From Candidatus Cloacimonadales bacterium (GTDB lineage Bacteria; Cloacimonadota; Cloacimonadia; Cloacimonadales; JAFGVF01): a stretch of 64,000 nucleotides of DNA. Of this stretch, positions 31,501 to 41,071 are shown piece by piece (the stretch's first letter is position 1; each line of letters opens with the position of its first letter). The stretch is from the NCBI GenBank assembly GCA_963667035.1, contig OY762964.1, positions 32,001 to 96,000 on the forward strand, in the 5' to 3' direction. The notes beneath the pieces were generated by a model, which was not told the origin of the DNA, did no database searches, and saw only the letters and a program-made list of their open reading frames with translations. The position numbers and the translations under genes were made by a program.

Positions 31501-32530
31501 TTCAATTGTTGAAAAGCCATATTTAGCAAGTAGTAATCAAGATCTTGATTATGCAAGAGGTGGTTATTCAAAAGAAGGTATTGAACATGACCGTGTTCTT
31601 ATTTATAACAAACCGCATAATGCTTCGGGTACAGTAATAAATGATTATTGGATAGTCGACGACTTCATTGAAGGAGAGGTATTAAACTCAAACAATAATG
31701 ATGTGTATCAAATGTGGCATATATCACCTGATCAGAATCCAAGCTTAACTAACCTATCAAATAACACACTTCATGCAGAAACGTTTGATATAGTTCCTCT
31801 TGCGAACACGTTTGATGATACGGAGTTATTGGATGGCTATTATGCTCCGCAGGATTCATACATATATGATACTGACGTATTTAGAATTAGAAAGCAGTTT
31901 ACAACTAATGATCAAGAAAATATCGTAACCATGATAATGCCACACTCAACATTCTCTTCAACTGTAGTAACTGATTTCACTAAACAAAACGTATATTCAT
32001 CCGGTGGAAGCATTATTGCAAATGAAGACGCTCAATCATTCTATTTAAGATTTACTTCCGGCTCTAATGTTTACGAAGATTACATATTCGTAGCTCATAC
32101 GGGTGGTGATTACTATTATTTGGATGGTACAAGTAAGAAAACAGTAAGTGCAAAAGGGAAGAGATTAATAATCAATAGATTCGTGAATGGAGCTCTGTCT
32201 AATGTCAGCAATATGGGTTTTGATTCAAAATCATCGGAAGAAGTTGATATGATTACTAAATTGACTTCAGGAAACTATCCTAATCCGTTTAATCCGTCTA
32301 CAACCATCTCCTTCAATAATCCTGCCAAGAACAAAGTTAAAATAGATATTTATAATGTTAAAGGTCAAAAGATTAACACTTTGGTTGATGAAGAATTATC
32401 TCAAGGAACTCATCAAGTTGTCTGGAATGGTAATGACAAAAATAATGAACCGGTTGCATCGGGAGTTTATTTCTATAAGATAAAAGCCGGAAAACAAACT
32501 TTGAATAAGAAAATGCTACTAATCAAGTAG
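28511..32530 (+). CDS. secreted FG-GAP/VCBS-repeat + heparinase II/III-like protein with C-terminal FlgD-Ig module
   Basis: GDINGDGMDD-type repeats, GHMHSDLLSL...IDLGGY...AAHNTI lyase-like motifs, and an NYPNPFNP C-terminus. Confidence 0.78.
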   Translation: MKRLFICLLLVVIVSLNAGVVQRGFGYPSLVHSRRANNPGDYTTYSFTISETQDSDLEKVYNVPNFTGEDAYLNNEVVLSAAGDINGDGMDDVIFVYEYGSDVGTYNVYNSVTKDPTLDGKEDNSLVAIYDGFDGALLCKFFGAGNGMGFYLVETGDFDADGKDEIALVRHASVDVEDPNLGNDGIFDGSCLMIYDFYLNNEGTLIQDLVWYTSPQDVPNLTPPLEHTDAIFKMKRGYFNNDTAMDLIVMYHYGSVNNLQNDLTKDNSVLVAYDVVHETVLWSQKCIGQNGDQTSAGFGGYELLVGNFDNDKRNEIAHIRHSSSDITGDGIADGSYLRFIDDNGAYMSEYPNHPNADSTDPIYMCELGDFNGDGKDDVCLVQRYGPDNDNDNIKDESIMFTYDIYNHARLNGDGITNVYSINAFSVMEVLDYNGDGNDDVWLSSLIPSNSSSYTRLYSGGLTLSSTKYFPEELLKYQSADFDNDGDDELVAITDQGNHSQIDIYENGSTAPIYTRENSAYYCTHLNILNNEITDIEFINTVLPVPFNLSYPASNLTTLVSYFFNNIDDVSSTHLYFDTTNYNQLNTSSTAFGTETLEGDYHNFYWNPIKLTSKSYCTVSTRLRRLMYDMHYKLDNSIYSSADPRTLKVAKSIISHLRYLSGKSRFDYRWNGGMLFELPAYIDGYKIVAHMNNFSTIDEIINYRIDQQNLSVLDDGYYSESAYSYSVYFAQLELKFLNTIASNASIFPYSSTHLSEKYDVMKKMYDYYLYSVKPIQLPGNVNSGSMSFDLPIIGDSHAYFDRYTGKYSSGNTSILDLPSIYNAQFSSQFMSELEFAQDIGTGSLPIDFDVSKSFPSGRIFISRSNWKNSLGCYDNNARYCHFKVGKREGIANKGHMHSDLLSLDICGYDKNMLIDLGGYGFTNLTAVSNFDSLRFEDLYFFNHEDIEMNTASYSRNQYIFRHYFLGDAAHNTIYIPDYEQIDFIIDGAIPSVWGNSTPSIVEKPYLASSNQDLDYARGGYSKEGIEHDRVLIYNKPHNASGTVINDYWIVDDFIEGEVLNSNNNDVYQMWHISPDQNPSLTNLSNNTLHAETFDIVPLANTFDDTELLDGYYAPQDSYIYDTDVFRIRKQFTTNDQENIVTMIMPHSTFSSTVVTDFTKQNVYSSGGSIIANEDAQSFYLRFTSGSNVYEDYIFVAHTGGDYYYLDGTSKKTVSAKGKRLIINRFVNGALSNVSNMGFDSKSSEEVDMITKLTSGNYPNPFNPSTTISFNNPAKNKVKIDIYNVKGQKINTLVDEELSQGTHQVVWNGNDKNNEPVASGVYFYKIKAGKQTLNKKMLLIK

Positions 32531-32695
32531 TAATAATATAATCAACTGAGAAGCTTTGGGTTAAAATCCAAAGCTTCTTTTATATAATTCAAAGCGATTA
32601 TTATCTGATTGCTAAGAACAGGTTTGCTTTAATAAGATTGACACAATTACAGGATGAACAAATTTATAATCAATCGAATAGATTGAGGTATTAAC

Positions 32696-34387
32696 ATGAA
32701 TGAAAAGACAAAAACAGAAGGTTTGGAGAAGAGTTCCAATTTCATTAGAGAGATAGTGGAACTGGATTTAGAAAATGGCAAGCATGGTGGAAAAGTGCAT
32801 ACAAGATTCCCACCGGAGCCCAACGGTTATTTACACATCGGGCATGCTAAAGCTATCTGCATAGACTTTGGCATCGCCAAGGATTATCAAGGTCAATGCA
32901 ACCTTCGTTTTGATGACACAAATCCCATTCAAGAAGACGTTGAATACGTTGATTCAATTCAAGAAGATATTAAGTGGCTTGGTTTTGATTGGGATAATCG
33001 ATTGTATTATGCCTCCGATTATTTTGAGAAGCTTTACGAATTTGCAGTTGAGCTTATTAAGATGGGTAAAGCTTATGTTGATGATTTAACTCCTGAAGAG
33101 ATAAAAGAGTATCGTGGAGAGATAAAAGTTGCAGGTAAGAATAGTCCTTATAGAGACCGTTCTGTCGAAGAGAATCTTGATTTGTTTAAAAGAATGAGAG
33201 ACGGTGAATTTGAAGACGGTTCTAAGACTCTTCGTTCTAAGATTGATATGAGTTCTCCCAACATGAATATGAGAGACCCGATTATTTACAGGATAAAAAG
33301 AGCTCATCATCATAGAACAGGTGATAAATGGTGTATTTATCCAATGTATGATTTCACTCATTGTCTTTCTGATATGCTGGAAGGAATTACTCATTCTTTA
33401 TGCACACTGGAGTTTGAAGCTCACAGACCTCTTTATGATTGGTATCTTGATTCTCTCAACACTCCTTGTCACCCTCAGCAAATTGAGTTTGCAAGACTGA
33501 ATGTGACTTATACTCTTACAAGTAAGCGTAAGCTTCAAAAGCTTGTTACCGATTGTATCGTTAACGGTTGGGACGATCCGAGAATGCCTACAATTAGCGG
33601 TTTAAGAAGACGTGGTTTTACAGCAGGTTCTATCAGAGATTTCTGTGACAGAGTTGGTGTAGCCAAAGCTGACAGTACAGTTGATATTGCTCTCTTGAAC
33701 TATTGTCTGAGAGAGGAGTTAAACCGAACAGCTAATCGTGTGATGGTTGTGCTTGACCCCCTGAAAGTGGTTGTTGATAATTATCCGGAAGGACAAGTTG
33801 AATGGTTTGATGCCGAGAATAACCCTGAAGATGAGAACGGGGGAACAAGAAAAGTTCCGTTCACAAGAGAGTTCTATATAGAGAGAGAAGACTTCAGGGA
33901 AGAAGCAAACCGTAAATACTTTAGAATGAAGCTAGGTCACGAAGTAAGGTTAAAACATGCTTACTATGTAAAGGCTGAATCAGTTGTTAAAGATGCCGAG
34001 GGCAATATCCTTGAAGTTCATTGCACTTATGATCCTAACTCTAGAGGCGGTTGGACTGATGACGGAAGAAAAGTAAAAGGTACTCTTCATTGGGTCTCAG
34101 CCGAACACGGAGTCGAAGCTGAAGTACGTTTGCTCGAGCATCTTTTTACCGAAGAATATCCCGGTAAAGCAGATAAGGAATTAGCCGAGATTGTTAATCC
34201 CGAATCGATAACAATTGTTAATGCTTTGGCTGAGCCTGCTTTAAAAGATTGCTCTCCCGAGACTAATTTCCAGTTCTTACGTAAAGGATACTTTGTTTCA
34301 GATAGGTATGATCATAAAGATGGAAAGCTTGTATTCAACAGAACTGTAGGCTTGAAAGACAGCTTTGCAAAGATTGATAATAATTAG
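32696..34387 (+). CDS. glnS: glutamine--tRNA ligase
   Basis: [28 protein letters not shown] and GWDDPRMPT. Confidence 0.97.
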   Translation: MNEKTKTEGLEKSSNFIREIVELDLENGKHGGKVHTRFPPEPNGYLHIGHAKAICIDFGIAKDYQGQCNLRFDDTNPIQEDVEYVDSIQEDIKWLGFDWDNRLYYASDYFEKLYEFAVELIKMGKAYVDDLTPEEIKEYRGEIKVAGKNSPYRDRSVEENLDLFKRMRDGEFEDGSKTLRSKIDMSSPNMNMRDPIIYRIKRAHHHRTGDKWCIYPMYDFTHCLSDMLEGITHSLCTLEFEAHRPLYDWYLDSLNTPCHPQQIEFARLNVTYTLTSKRKLQKLVTDCIVNGWDDPRMPTISGLRRRGFTAGSIRDFCDRVGVAKADSTVDIALLNYCLREELNRTANRVMVVLDPLKVVVDNYPEGQVEWFDAENNPEDENGGTRKVPFTREFYIEREDFREEANRKYFRMKLGHEVRLKHAYYVKAESVVKDAEGNILEVHCTYDPNSRGGWTDDGRKVKGTLHWVSAEHGVEAEVRLLEHLFTEEYPGKADKELAEIVNPESITIVNALAEPALKDCSPETNFQFLRKGYFVSDRYDHKDGKLVFNRTVGLKDSFAKIDNN

Positions 34388-34476
34388 TTAAAGATAGATG
34401 CAGGTAGAATAAATTACTTGCCAAAAGCGAGATAGAATTTTTTTTGTCTCAAAAGAATATTTCAGGAAGGTGAAAA

Positions 34477-34668
34477 ATGTCTAGAATATGCGATGTTTGT
34501 GGCAAAAGCTCAATTGTTGGCAATAATAGATCTCACGCATTAAATGCGACTAAGAGAAGATTCCAGCCTAACTTGTTTAACATCAAGGCTGAGATTAACG
34601 GTGAAGTTAAGAAGATTAAAATCTGTGCTTCATGTCTTAAAGCTAACAAAGTAAGAAAAGTTGTTTAA
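34477..34668 (+). CDS. rpmB: 50S ribosomal protein L28 (Zn-ribbon form)
   Basis: [10 protein letters not shown]...GNNRSHA...RRFQPNL...CASCLK. Confidence 0.96.
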   Translation: MSRICDVCGKSSIVGNNRSHALNATKRRFQPNLFNIKAEINGEVKKIKICASCLKANKVRKVV

Positions 34669-34687
34669 ATTATAACTAAAAATATTT

Positions 34688-34716
34688 AAAGCGAGAGTGA
34701 AAACTCTCGCTTTTTT
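34688..34716 (+). terminator. intrinsic terminator after rpmB
   Basis: AAAGCGAGAG...CTCTCGCTTT followed by a T-tract. Confidence 0.8.
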
Positions 34717-34720
34717 ATTT

Positions 34721-34845
34721 TTACCGGGTACGCGAGCTTCCAGCTCGCATTAAGAAGTGTCGGCACCTATAAAAAACACTTACCGGGTTCCCGTAGAATA
34801 GCCATAGGTTTTAACCTATGGAGAACAGTTAAACTGTACGAACGG
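34721..34845. repeat. REP-like palindromes
   Basis: TTACCGGGTACGCGAGCTTCCAGCTCGC and CCCGTAGAA...CCATAGG-tttt-aaCCTATGG hairpins. Related motifs occur at 59418-59572. Confidence 0.55.
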
Positions 34846-34929
34846 GAGAAAGGTAACAAAATAAACCAGGAACATAGGTTACACATTTCTTCACTTATGG
34901 CCTTCTTTTTTTTGTTATATCTGCTTTTA

Positions 34930-35270
34930 TGTTTTGCCAACTGTATCGACAAAGTAGCCTCGACACCAAAATCAGCGTTGCCCATATTTGTATTTCAGTT
35001 GAGCATGTCGGTCAAAAATCATCAGGCTACTCTTACCTTTAAGATATCCCATTATTGATGAAACACTATATTTCGGTGGTATTTACAATTCCATGTATTA
35101 TGTGATAATGTACTATTATCCATTATTCCTCCTTTGTTGATTTTGTAGCTGACACTACAAAGTTACGATGGAGGAATTTTTGTGCATAGCTAAAGCTTTT
35201 TGGAACCACCTGCAGAGCAGGTGGATTACATTACACATAAAAAAGAGCAAAGCATAAGCCTTGCTCTCGT
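34930..35270 (-). pseudogene. IS200/IS605 TnpA (Y1 HUH transposase) remnant with its left-end hairpins
   Basis: ATG 35123 gives MDNSTLSHNTWNCKYH, which is joined by a deletion to SSIMGYLKGKSSLMIFDRHAQLKYKYGQR*FWCRGYFVDTVGK. An upstream CCACCTGC-tct-GCAGGTGG hairpin is present. Confidence 0.85.
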
Positions 35271-35287
35271 TATAAATATGCCGATTA

Positions 35288-36382
35288 TTACTTTCTTTTT
35301 CTTTCTTTTCCGACAAGATCCATTGCTTTGAGAGCATAGAATACTTTGTCGGGTGTAACCTTAAAGGCTTCGTTGTGAATTGTTTCTCCTTCGACGCAAG
35401 CAGCTTTTGCTACTTCCATAAGTTCATCATCGGTGACACTATCCAAACCTATCTCGGCTAATGTTGTAGGTAATCCGATTGACTCGCAGAAGCTGAATAT
35501 CTGATGAACGGTTTCGCTACTTTTGTCAGTAAGAATCAATGATGCCAGAGTCCCGATAGCTACCTTCTCTCCATGGAAATAAGCATGAGTAGGTTCCAGA
35601 ACCGTCAATCCGTTGTGAATTGCATGAGCAGTAGCCAATCCACCGCTCTCAAAGCCTAAACCGCTTAACAGCGTGTTTGCTTCGATGACATGATCCAAAG
35701 CAGGAGTTACAACGTTGGCGTCACAAGCAATCTTAGCATCAACACCGAATTCCAATAGAGTATTGAAGCATAACTCAGCTAAAGCGTAGCCGGTCATTGA
35801 GCCGACATCACCGGACATGTTTCCTGCATAGCTCTTCTTACAAGATTCCGCTTCAAACCATGTAGCCAAGGCATCACCCATACCTGAAACGAGGAATCTG
35901 GAAGGAGCGTTTGCCACAACTTTAGAATCGACTAAAACAAGATCAGGATTTTTGGGTAGAATCAAGTATCTTTTAAACTCACCCTCAGTAGTGTAGATAA
36001 CTGATAAAGCACTACAAGGAGCATCGGTAGAAGCTAAACTCGGAACTACGGCAACAGGCACTTTCAATGAGTGAGCAACTGCCTTGGCAGTATCGATTGA
36101 CTTACCACCGCCTATTCCGACTATCACATTAACATTTGCATCTTTCGATTGAGCAACAATACGTTCAATCTCTTCATCCGAGCATTCTCCTTCGAACTTC
36201 TCCCAAATAATGTTAATTTCCGCTTCCATCTCAGCTTTAAAGCTTGGAAGCAGGTTTTCATAAACAAACGGGTCACATACGGCAAAAGCTTTTTCCCCCA
36301 GGCGGGACACCTCTTTACCTAATCTCTTCAGAGCATCTGCACCTTGTACATATCTGCCCGGAAACAATGTTGTAGTAATCAT
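35288..36382 (-). CDS. gldA: glycerol dehydrogenase
   Basis: PGRYVQG, GIGGGK, ASTDAPCSALSV, GDALATWFEA, AHAIHNG and HGEKVA. Confidence 0.95.
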   Translation of the reverse strand: MITTTLFPGRYVQGADALKRLGKEVSRLGEKAFAVCDPFVYENLLPSFKAEMEAEINIIWEKFEGECSDEEIERIVAQSKDANVNVIVGIGGGKSIDTAKAVAHSLKVPVAVVPSLASTDAPCSALSVIYTTEGEFKRYLILPKNPDLVLVDSKVVANAPSRFLVSGMGDALATWFEAESCKKSYAGNMSGDVGSMTGYALAELCFNTLLEFGVDAKIACDANVVTPALDHVIEANTLLSGLGFESGGLATAHAIHNGLTVLEPTHAYFHGEKVAIGTLASLILTDKSSETVHQIFSFCESIGLPTTLAEIGLDSVTDDELMEVAKAACVEGETIHNEAFKVTPDKVFYALKAMDLVGKERKRK

Positions 36383-36508
36383 GTTTAGTCTCCTTTGTTT
36401 TTATTAGATAATATACTGCATAAATCAAATTGGGAAACTAATATTTAAAGTAGATCTACTCCAAAGATTGTACGAAACCTCTTGCTACCGTTCATTTTTA
36501 ACCGATTA

Positions 36509-37897
36509 TTATATGTTAAATACAGCCTTCTTCAAGTAAAATTGATAATAACCGTCAACAATAGGAATTTTCTCGTCATCGAGAATGAAATGAATGCTCC
36601 AACTACTGATTACTTCATCAAGTAAGTTATCGGTTAGCTTAATCTCTTCACTAGAACATTTAAGCGAGTATCGTCCATCTATCGCTTCAATAAAGGAGTT
36701 ATCTTTATAATCAAAGCTGACATCTCCCTTACACTTAAACTGTAGCATCTCTTTAGAAACCGAAATCCGGAGATTCTCACCACTGTAAAAATTCCTATAG
36801 TCCTGTTCATCATTTGAAAAGAAAACAGTTCTAAAACTATTGTCTTTCATATAATCGTCTATGGCATCTTTTGTTAACCAGCTCAACTCGTTAATCTGGG
36901 GAAATCTACCCGTTGAATTACTATACTTCTTATAAAGGGCAATATACTCTTCCGGTGTGTAATGATTAAGCATTACTAGGGTGAGAAGTCCGGCAACCGG
37001 ATAGCTTAAAGAAGCATGTTCGGCACCAAACATTGCGACATCATAGTAGTCTGAATAATTCACCATTCCTGTATCAATCAAGAACTTTCCGGCTTCCATG
37101 AGAGCATTTGTTGAGTGTCCTCCACGCCCACCGATAGCAACTGCCAGACCTTCTTGTAGAAAAGCATGAGTATATAGCTCGTTACTTTGAAGATAGTAGT
37201 TTATAAGAAAATGAGTGACTTCGTGAAAGTGGGCAGGATAGGTTGAGATTACATAGTCTTGATTTAAGAGAAGAATACCACGTGTTTTATAGGAAGTCAG
37301 CCTTTCAATAGTATCCATATCAGGACAATAGAAATAATCAAGTTTGTTCATTTTAAGAGAGTCCAGCTCATGATTTTGTTCAGGAAAATAAGTAAAGAAT
37401 GTTTCGATTCTCTTATCCAAAGCTTGCATTGCTTCTTGCGGTATTGGCGAATCTGAAGGGAAATGATAAGTAAGATACTGTGAGTCCAACTGCTTCCAAT
37501 TGCGTGTATGGTAATCAACACGACTCAATACATCGTTTTCCGAGATGTAAAACTCATAGCCTCTTTGACCGTTAACTTCTGTGTAATTATGATAATATGA
37601 GTCTTCCACTTTAATCAATGGATGACTAACTTTTAGCTGAGGATTCAGCTCTGAATAGGCTTTTAAACCTATGTTCCATATTAGAAACTTATTATAAGTA
37701 ATATTATAGGTGATGTTGTGTTTATCAGACTTCCGAGTGATAGCAGGTGTTATAAAATCATTGATGGAATCCGGGTTGTCCCACACTTGAGCTGATATGT
37801 TTAAAGTATTATTATTATCAGTGTCCGAAATTGTTTCCGCTAAGCTAAATAGAATCGTACACAAGATAAATACGGATGTAATAAAACGCTTTAACAT
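36509..37897 (-). CDS. secreted hypothetical protein with HExxH...E gluzincin-like motif
   Basis: Signal peptide and HFHEVTH...LQEGLA. Confidence 0.7.
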   Translation of the reverse strand: MLKRFITSVFILCTILFSLAETISDTDNNNTLNISAQVWDNPDSINDFITPAITRKSDKHNITYNITYNKFLIWNIGLKAYSELNPQLKVSHPLIKVEDSYYHNYTEVNGQRGYEFYISENDVLSRVDYHTRNWKQLDSQYLTYHFPSDSPIPQEAMQALDKRIETFFTYFPEQNHELDSLKMNKLDYFYCPDMDTIERLTSYKTRGILLLNQDYVISTYPAHFHEVTHFLINYYLQSNELYTHAFLQEGLAVAIGGRGGHSTNALMEAGKFLIDTGMVNYSDYYDVAMFGAEHASLSYPVAGLLTLVMLNHYTPEEYIALYKKYSNSTGRFPQINELSWLTKDAIDDYMKDNSFRTVFFSNDEQDYRNFYSGENLRISVSKEMLQFKCKGDVSFDYKDNSFIEAIDGRYSLKCSSEEIKLTDNLLDEVISSWSIHFILDDEKIPIVDGYYQFYLKKAVFNI

Positions 37898-38060
37898 AGT
37901 CTCTCCCTTCTAATCTCAATACTAAATTTTGATGTATTACAATTGAAGTTTTTACAGATAGAAATGTCCAGAATTAAAACTGGAGAGAGCAAGCTGATGC
38001 AATTTATGAATTAAACAAGTTTATGTTTGTAGGAAGTTCCGTATGACACTAATGTTATTA

Positions 38061-39503
38061 TTAACTCTCAAACAATACTTGAGCAATTTTAGTATATTTT
38101 TCATTTAATTCTATGTTTCTTACTATACACCCGAACCCTGCTATTTCATTTTGTAACCTTGGATGAAGTGGACGTGAGAAAATATCTCTGAATTCAGAAA
38201 ATGTAAGAGATGTATACTTTTTCAGTGAGAGTAGAAATAAGATTTCATAATCAATGTCATCATCTTGTATCAAATCTTTATTAGTAAATAAATGATAACT
38301 TTGTCTTACCCTATCATTCTCCTCAAGCATTTTATACCAATCGGAGCCAATCAAAGGAACACCGGCATTATAAGAAATATGCTCCATTTTAGGAAACATA
38401 TAACTCAACTCACTAGCAAATCTCTGATTGATTAGCATTGACTCTTTTGTTTCACCGGGAAGTCCAAAAATGAACGAGACAAAAGGGTGAATTCCCAGTT
38501 CTTCAATTAACCTTAAATTATCCTTTATAATAGATGTATCATAAATCTTGTTGGAAGATTTTAAAACATTGGGATCAATGTTTTCTATTCCTAAGAATAT
38601 CTCTTTAACACCTATTTTTGACAATGTCTGTAGTATTGATTTGTCTAGTTTACTAACATTAGCATATATCCTAAGGTGTATGTTCAGGTTGTCAGGCTTG
38701 GAAGCTAATATTTTTTCATGATAGTTTCCAACAATGAAATCATCTCCTGACTCAAAGAACTTATTGATACCGTATTTTGTCTGGAGGAATTTGATTTGAG
38801 CCCAGAATTTTTCAGGAGAAACTAATCTAACTTTATCATATTGAGGTAAAGCACAGAACAAACACCTCTTAGAAGAAATAGCTTTTATACATCCACGCAC
38901 AGATGAAATTGGGAATGGTGATAAATCTTTTGAGTTGAAAAAGTAATTTTGTCTTGAATCATATTTGCGTAAATCATACTTGAATAAATGCTCTAAGTTG
39001 AAACATTCCAGACTATTGAGATCTACAAGCTCATTATAAGTGTACCGGACTTCATCTGCATCTCGATACCATAAGTTTGGAATCTTATCTAATTCCGATT
39101 GCTTGATTAATTGTAACAAGGCATCTTCACCATCGCCAGATACGACAAAATCTATGTAAGGATGGTTGCGTAATATTCTATCACCTAAATGAGTAGCATT
39201 GGGACCGCCTACAACAATTGTACACTTATCGTTCTTCTCTTTTGCTGTTTTAGCTATCAACATACAATTATTGTGATTTGTGAACCAATCCGAAACGCCA
39301 ATATAATCCGCATCAAAAGCATTAATTATATTATTAAATGGAGTTGAATTGCCGTCGAAAATTACTATACTAAGACCATTGATATTGCACTCAAGATTCT
39401 TTGCTAGAATCTCCAACCCTATAGGAGGAGGAAAACTTTTGTAGCCATTTGATAGATGCCGATATTTATGATCGTTTTCAGGAAAAATTAAAACAACTTT
39501 CAT
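38061..39503 (-). CDS. B12-binding-domain radical SAM protein
   Basis: PPIGL, VVGGPNAT, DFVVSGDGE, RGC-IKAISSKR-CLFC, IFLGIE and FIFGLPGET. Confidence 0.88.
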   Translation of the reverse strand: MKVVLIFPENDHKYRHLSNGYKSFPPPIGLEILAKNLECNINGLSIVIFDGNSTPFNNIINAFDADYIGVSDWFTNHNNCMLIAKTAKEKNDKCTIVVGGPNATHLGDRILRNHPYIDFVVSGDGEDALLQLIKQSELDKIPNLWYRDADEVRYTYNELVDLNSLECFNLEHLFKYDLRKYDSRQNYFFNSKDLSPFPISSVRGCIKAISSKRCLFCALPQYDKVRLVSPEKFWAQIKFLQTKYGINKFFESGDDFIVGNYHEKILASKPDNLNIHLRIYANVSKLDKSILQTLSKIGVKEIFLGIENIDPNVLKSSNKIYDTSIIKDNLRLIEELGIHPFVSFIFGLPGETKESMLINQRFASELSYMFPKMEHISYNAGVPLIGSDWYKMLEENDRVRQSYHLFTNKDLIQDDDIDYEILFLLSLKKYTSLTFSEFRDIFSRPLHPRLQNEIAGFGCIVRNIELNEKYTKIAQVLFES

Positions 39504-40285
39504 TATGTTGTCTGCTCGCCGCTATTAATTGCTCCCTGATCAAATAGGAACTTTATTACTTCCTTTCTATATTCGTTATGCTTTTCTGTTGAAAGCATTT
39601 CAATTGTTCTAGGATGAGGAGCATTATTGATTAAACGCTTTTCAATACAAGCGTTCTTGTTTAGCAATAATATCTCATCACCAAGTAATATTGCTTCATC
39701 TACATCGTGAGAAATGAATATTACCGGTATATCCATTCCCAACCATAGTTTCTCGAAAAGAAATGCTAAAGACCATCTGTTAAACTGATCTAGAGCAGAA
39801 AAGGGTTCGTCAAGTAACAAGATATCGGGCGTCAAAACCATATTCCGAAATATATTTACTACTTGCTGCTGCCCTCCACTAAGCTGATACGTCTTCTGTC
39901 TAATATCAATATCAATATTGATTCTACTAAGTATCTCTTTAGCTGCTTGTCTTCTCCCTTGCTTATTTATACCTTTAATTTTCAATGGAAGAGTTATATT
40001 CTCTCCGACATTCAACCATGGTAGCAAAGAAGTTCGATAATCTTGGCAAACATAACCAATTTTAATCGCTTCTTTATTCTGACTGTAAATCACTGACCCT
40101 GAATCAGGCTTCAATGTTTTAGCAATTATATTTAGAATTGTAGATTTACCACATCCATTTGGTCCTACAACAGTATAAAACTTGGAATCATTGATTTCAA
40201 GACTGAAATCCGAGAGAACTGACTTCTTGTTACCAAACTCTTTAACGAATGATTTGCTAACTTTATCTAATTTGACAATGCTCAT
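39503..40285 (-). CDS. NitT/TauT-family ABC transporter ATP-binding protein
   Basis: GPNGCGKS, LLPWLNV, LSGGQQQ and LLDEPFSALD. Confidence 0.92.
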   Translation of the reverse strand: MSIVKLDKVSKSFVKEFGNKKSVLSDFSLEINDSKFYTVVGPNGCGKSTILNIIAKTLKPDSGSVIYSQNKEAIKIGYVCQDYRTSLLPWLNVGENITLPLKIKGINKQGRRQAAKEILSRINIDIDIRQKTYQLSGGQQQVVNIFRNMVLTPDILLLDEPFSALDQFNRWSLAFLFEKLWLGMDIPVIFISHDVDEAILLGDEILLLNKNACIEKRLINNAPHPRTIEMLSTEKHNEYRKEVIKFLFDQGAINSGEQTT

Positions 40286-41058
40286 TTACCAACCCACGGT
40301 ACCAGTTTCTTTTCGAAAAATACGAAAATACGATTAAAGAAATAGCCTAAAAGACCTGAAATAATAATTAGAGCGAACAACTTATCTATTTGATATGTTG
40401 TGAAGGCATCAGTTATTAGCTGCCCAATGCCATACTTACTACCCATAAACATTTCGCATAAAATGGAAATAATCAATGAAAACGATATTGCTACTCGTAA
40501 GCCAATTAATGTTTGTGGTAATGCATCATAAAATGTTATCCACCTGAAAATCTGTGATGGACTCGCACCATATAGCTTTACTATTCCTGCTCTTACTTTG
40601 GTAGAATGAATCACTCCATAGGCACTATTCAGAGTTATGACGAAAAACGAAGCCCAGAATATCATTCCAATTTTTGATAGGTCTCCTATACCATAAATTA
40701 GAACAAATACCGGATATAAAGTTGTTACCGGTATAGAGCGAAAGAAATCAATAACAATTTCTGCAGATTCAAACATTGGAGTGAAAGAACCTAATAATAG
40801 TCCTAATGCGACACCAAAAATCGTTGCAAGTCCAAAACCTGCTAACATCCGCAATACGGTATCTCTTAAATCAGGTAAAATTTTACCTGACGAAGTCATT
40901 TCCCATAATGCTCGGAAAGCGTCAATTGGCTTCGGGAATAATGAGGAGTCAAAAATCTTTAATTCATACACAAATTGCCATAAAATAAGAATAAAAACAG
41001 GGCCTGTCAAAATCTTGGCAAGCCTTGTTAAGTTGCTTTTCGTACGAACTGATAGCAT
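40282..41058 (-). CDS. NitT/TauT-family ABC transporter permease
   Basis: FPKP, FRSIP, an EAA-like YGAS loop, and EMF..SKYGIG. Confidence 0.9.
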   Translation of the reverse strand: MLSVRTKSNLTRLAKILTGPVFILILWQFVYELKIFDSSLFPKPIDAFRALWEMTSSGKILPDLRDTVLRMLAGFGLATIFGVALGLLLGSFTPMFESAEIVIDFFRSIPVTTLYPVFVLIYGIGDLSKIGMIFWASFFVITLNSAYGVIHSTKVRAGIVKLYGASPSQIFRWITFYDALPQTLIGLRVAISFSLIISILCEMFMGSKYGIGQLITDAFTTYQIDKLFALIIISGLLGYFFNRIFVFFEKKLVPWVGK

Positions 41059-41071
41059 AGTACAATGATTA

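Noticed and set aside
34767..35337. Short ORFs 34767-34985 and 35155-35337
   Set aside because: They are off-frame readings of the IS200 remnant and of the gldA 3' end.
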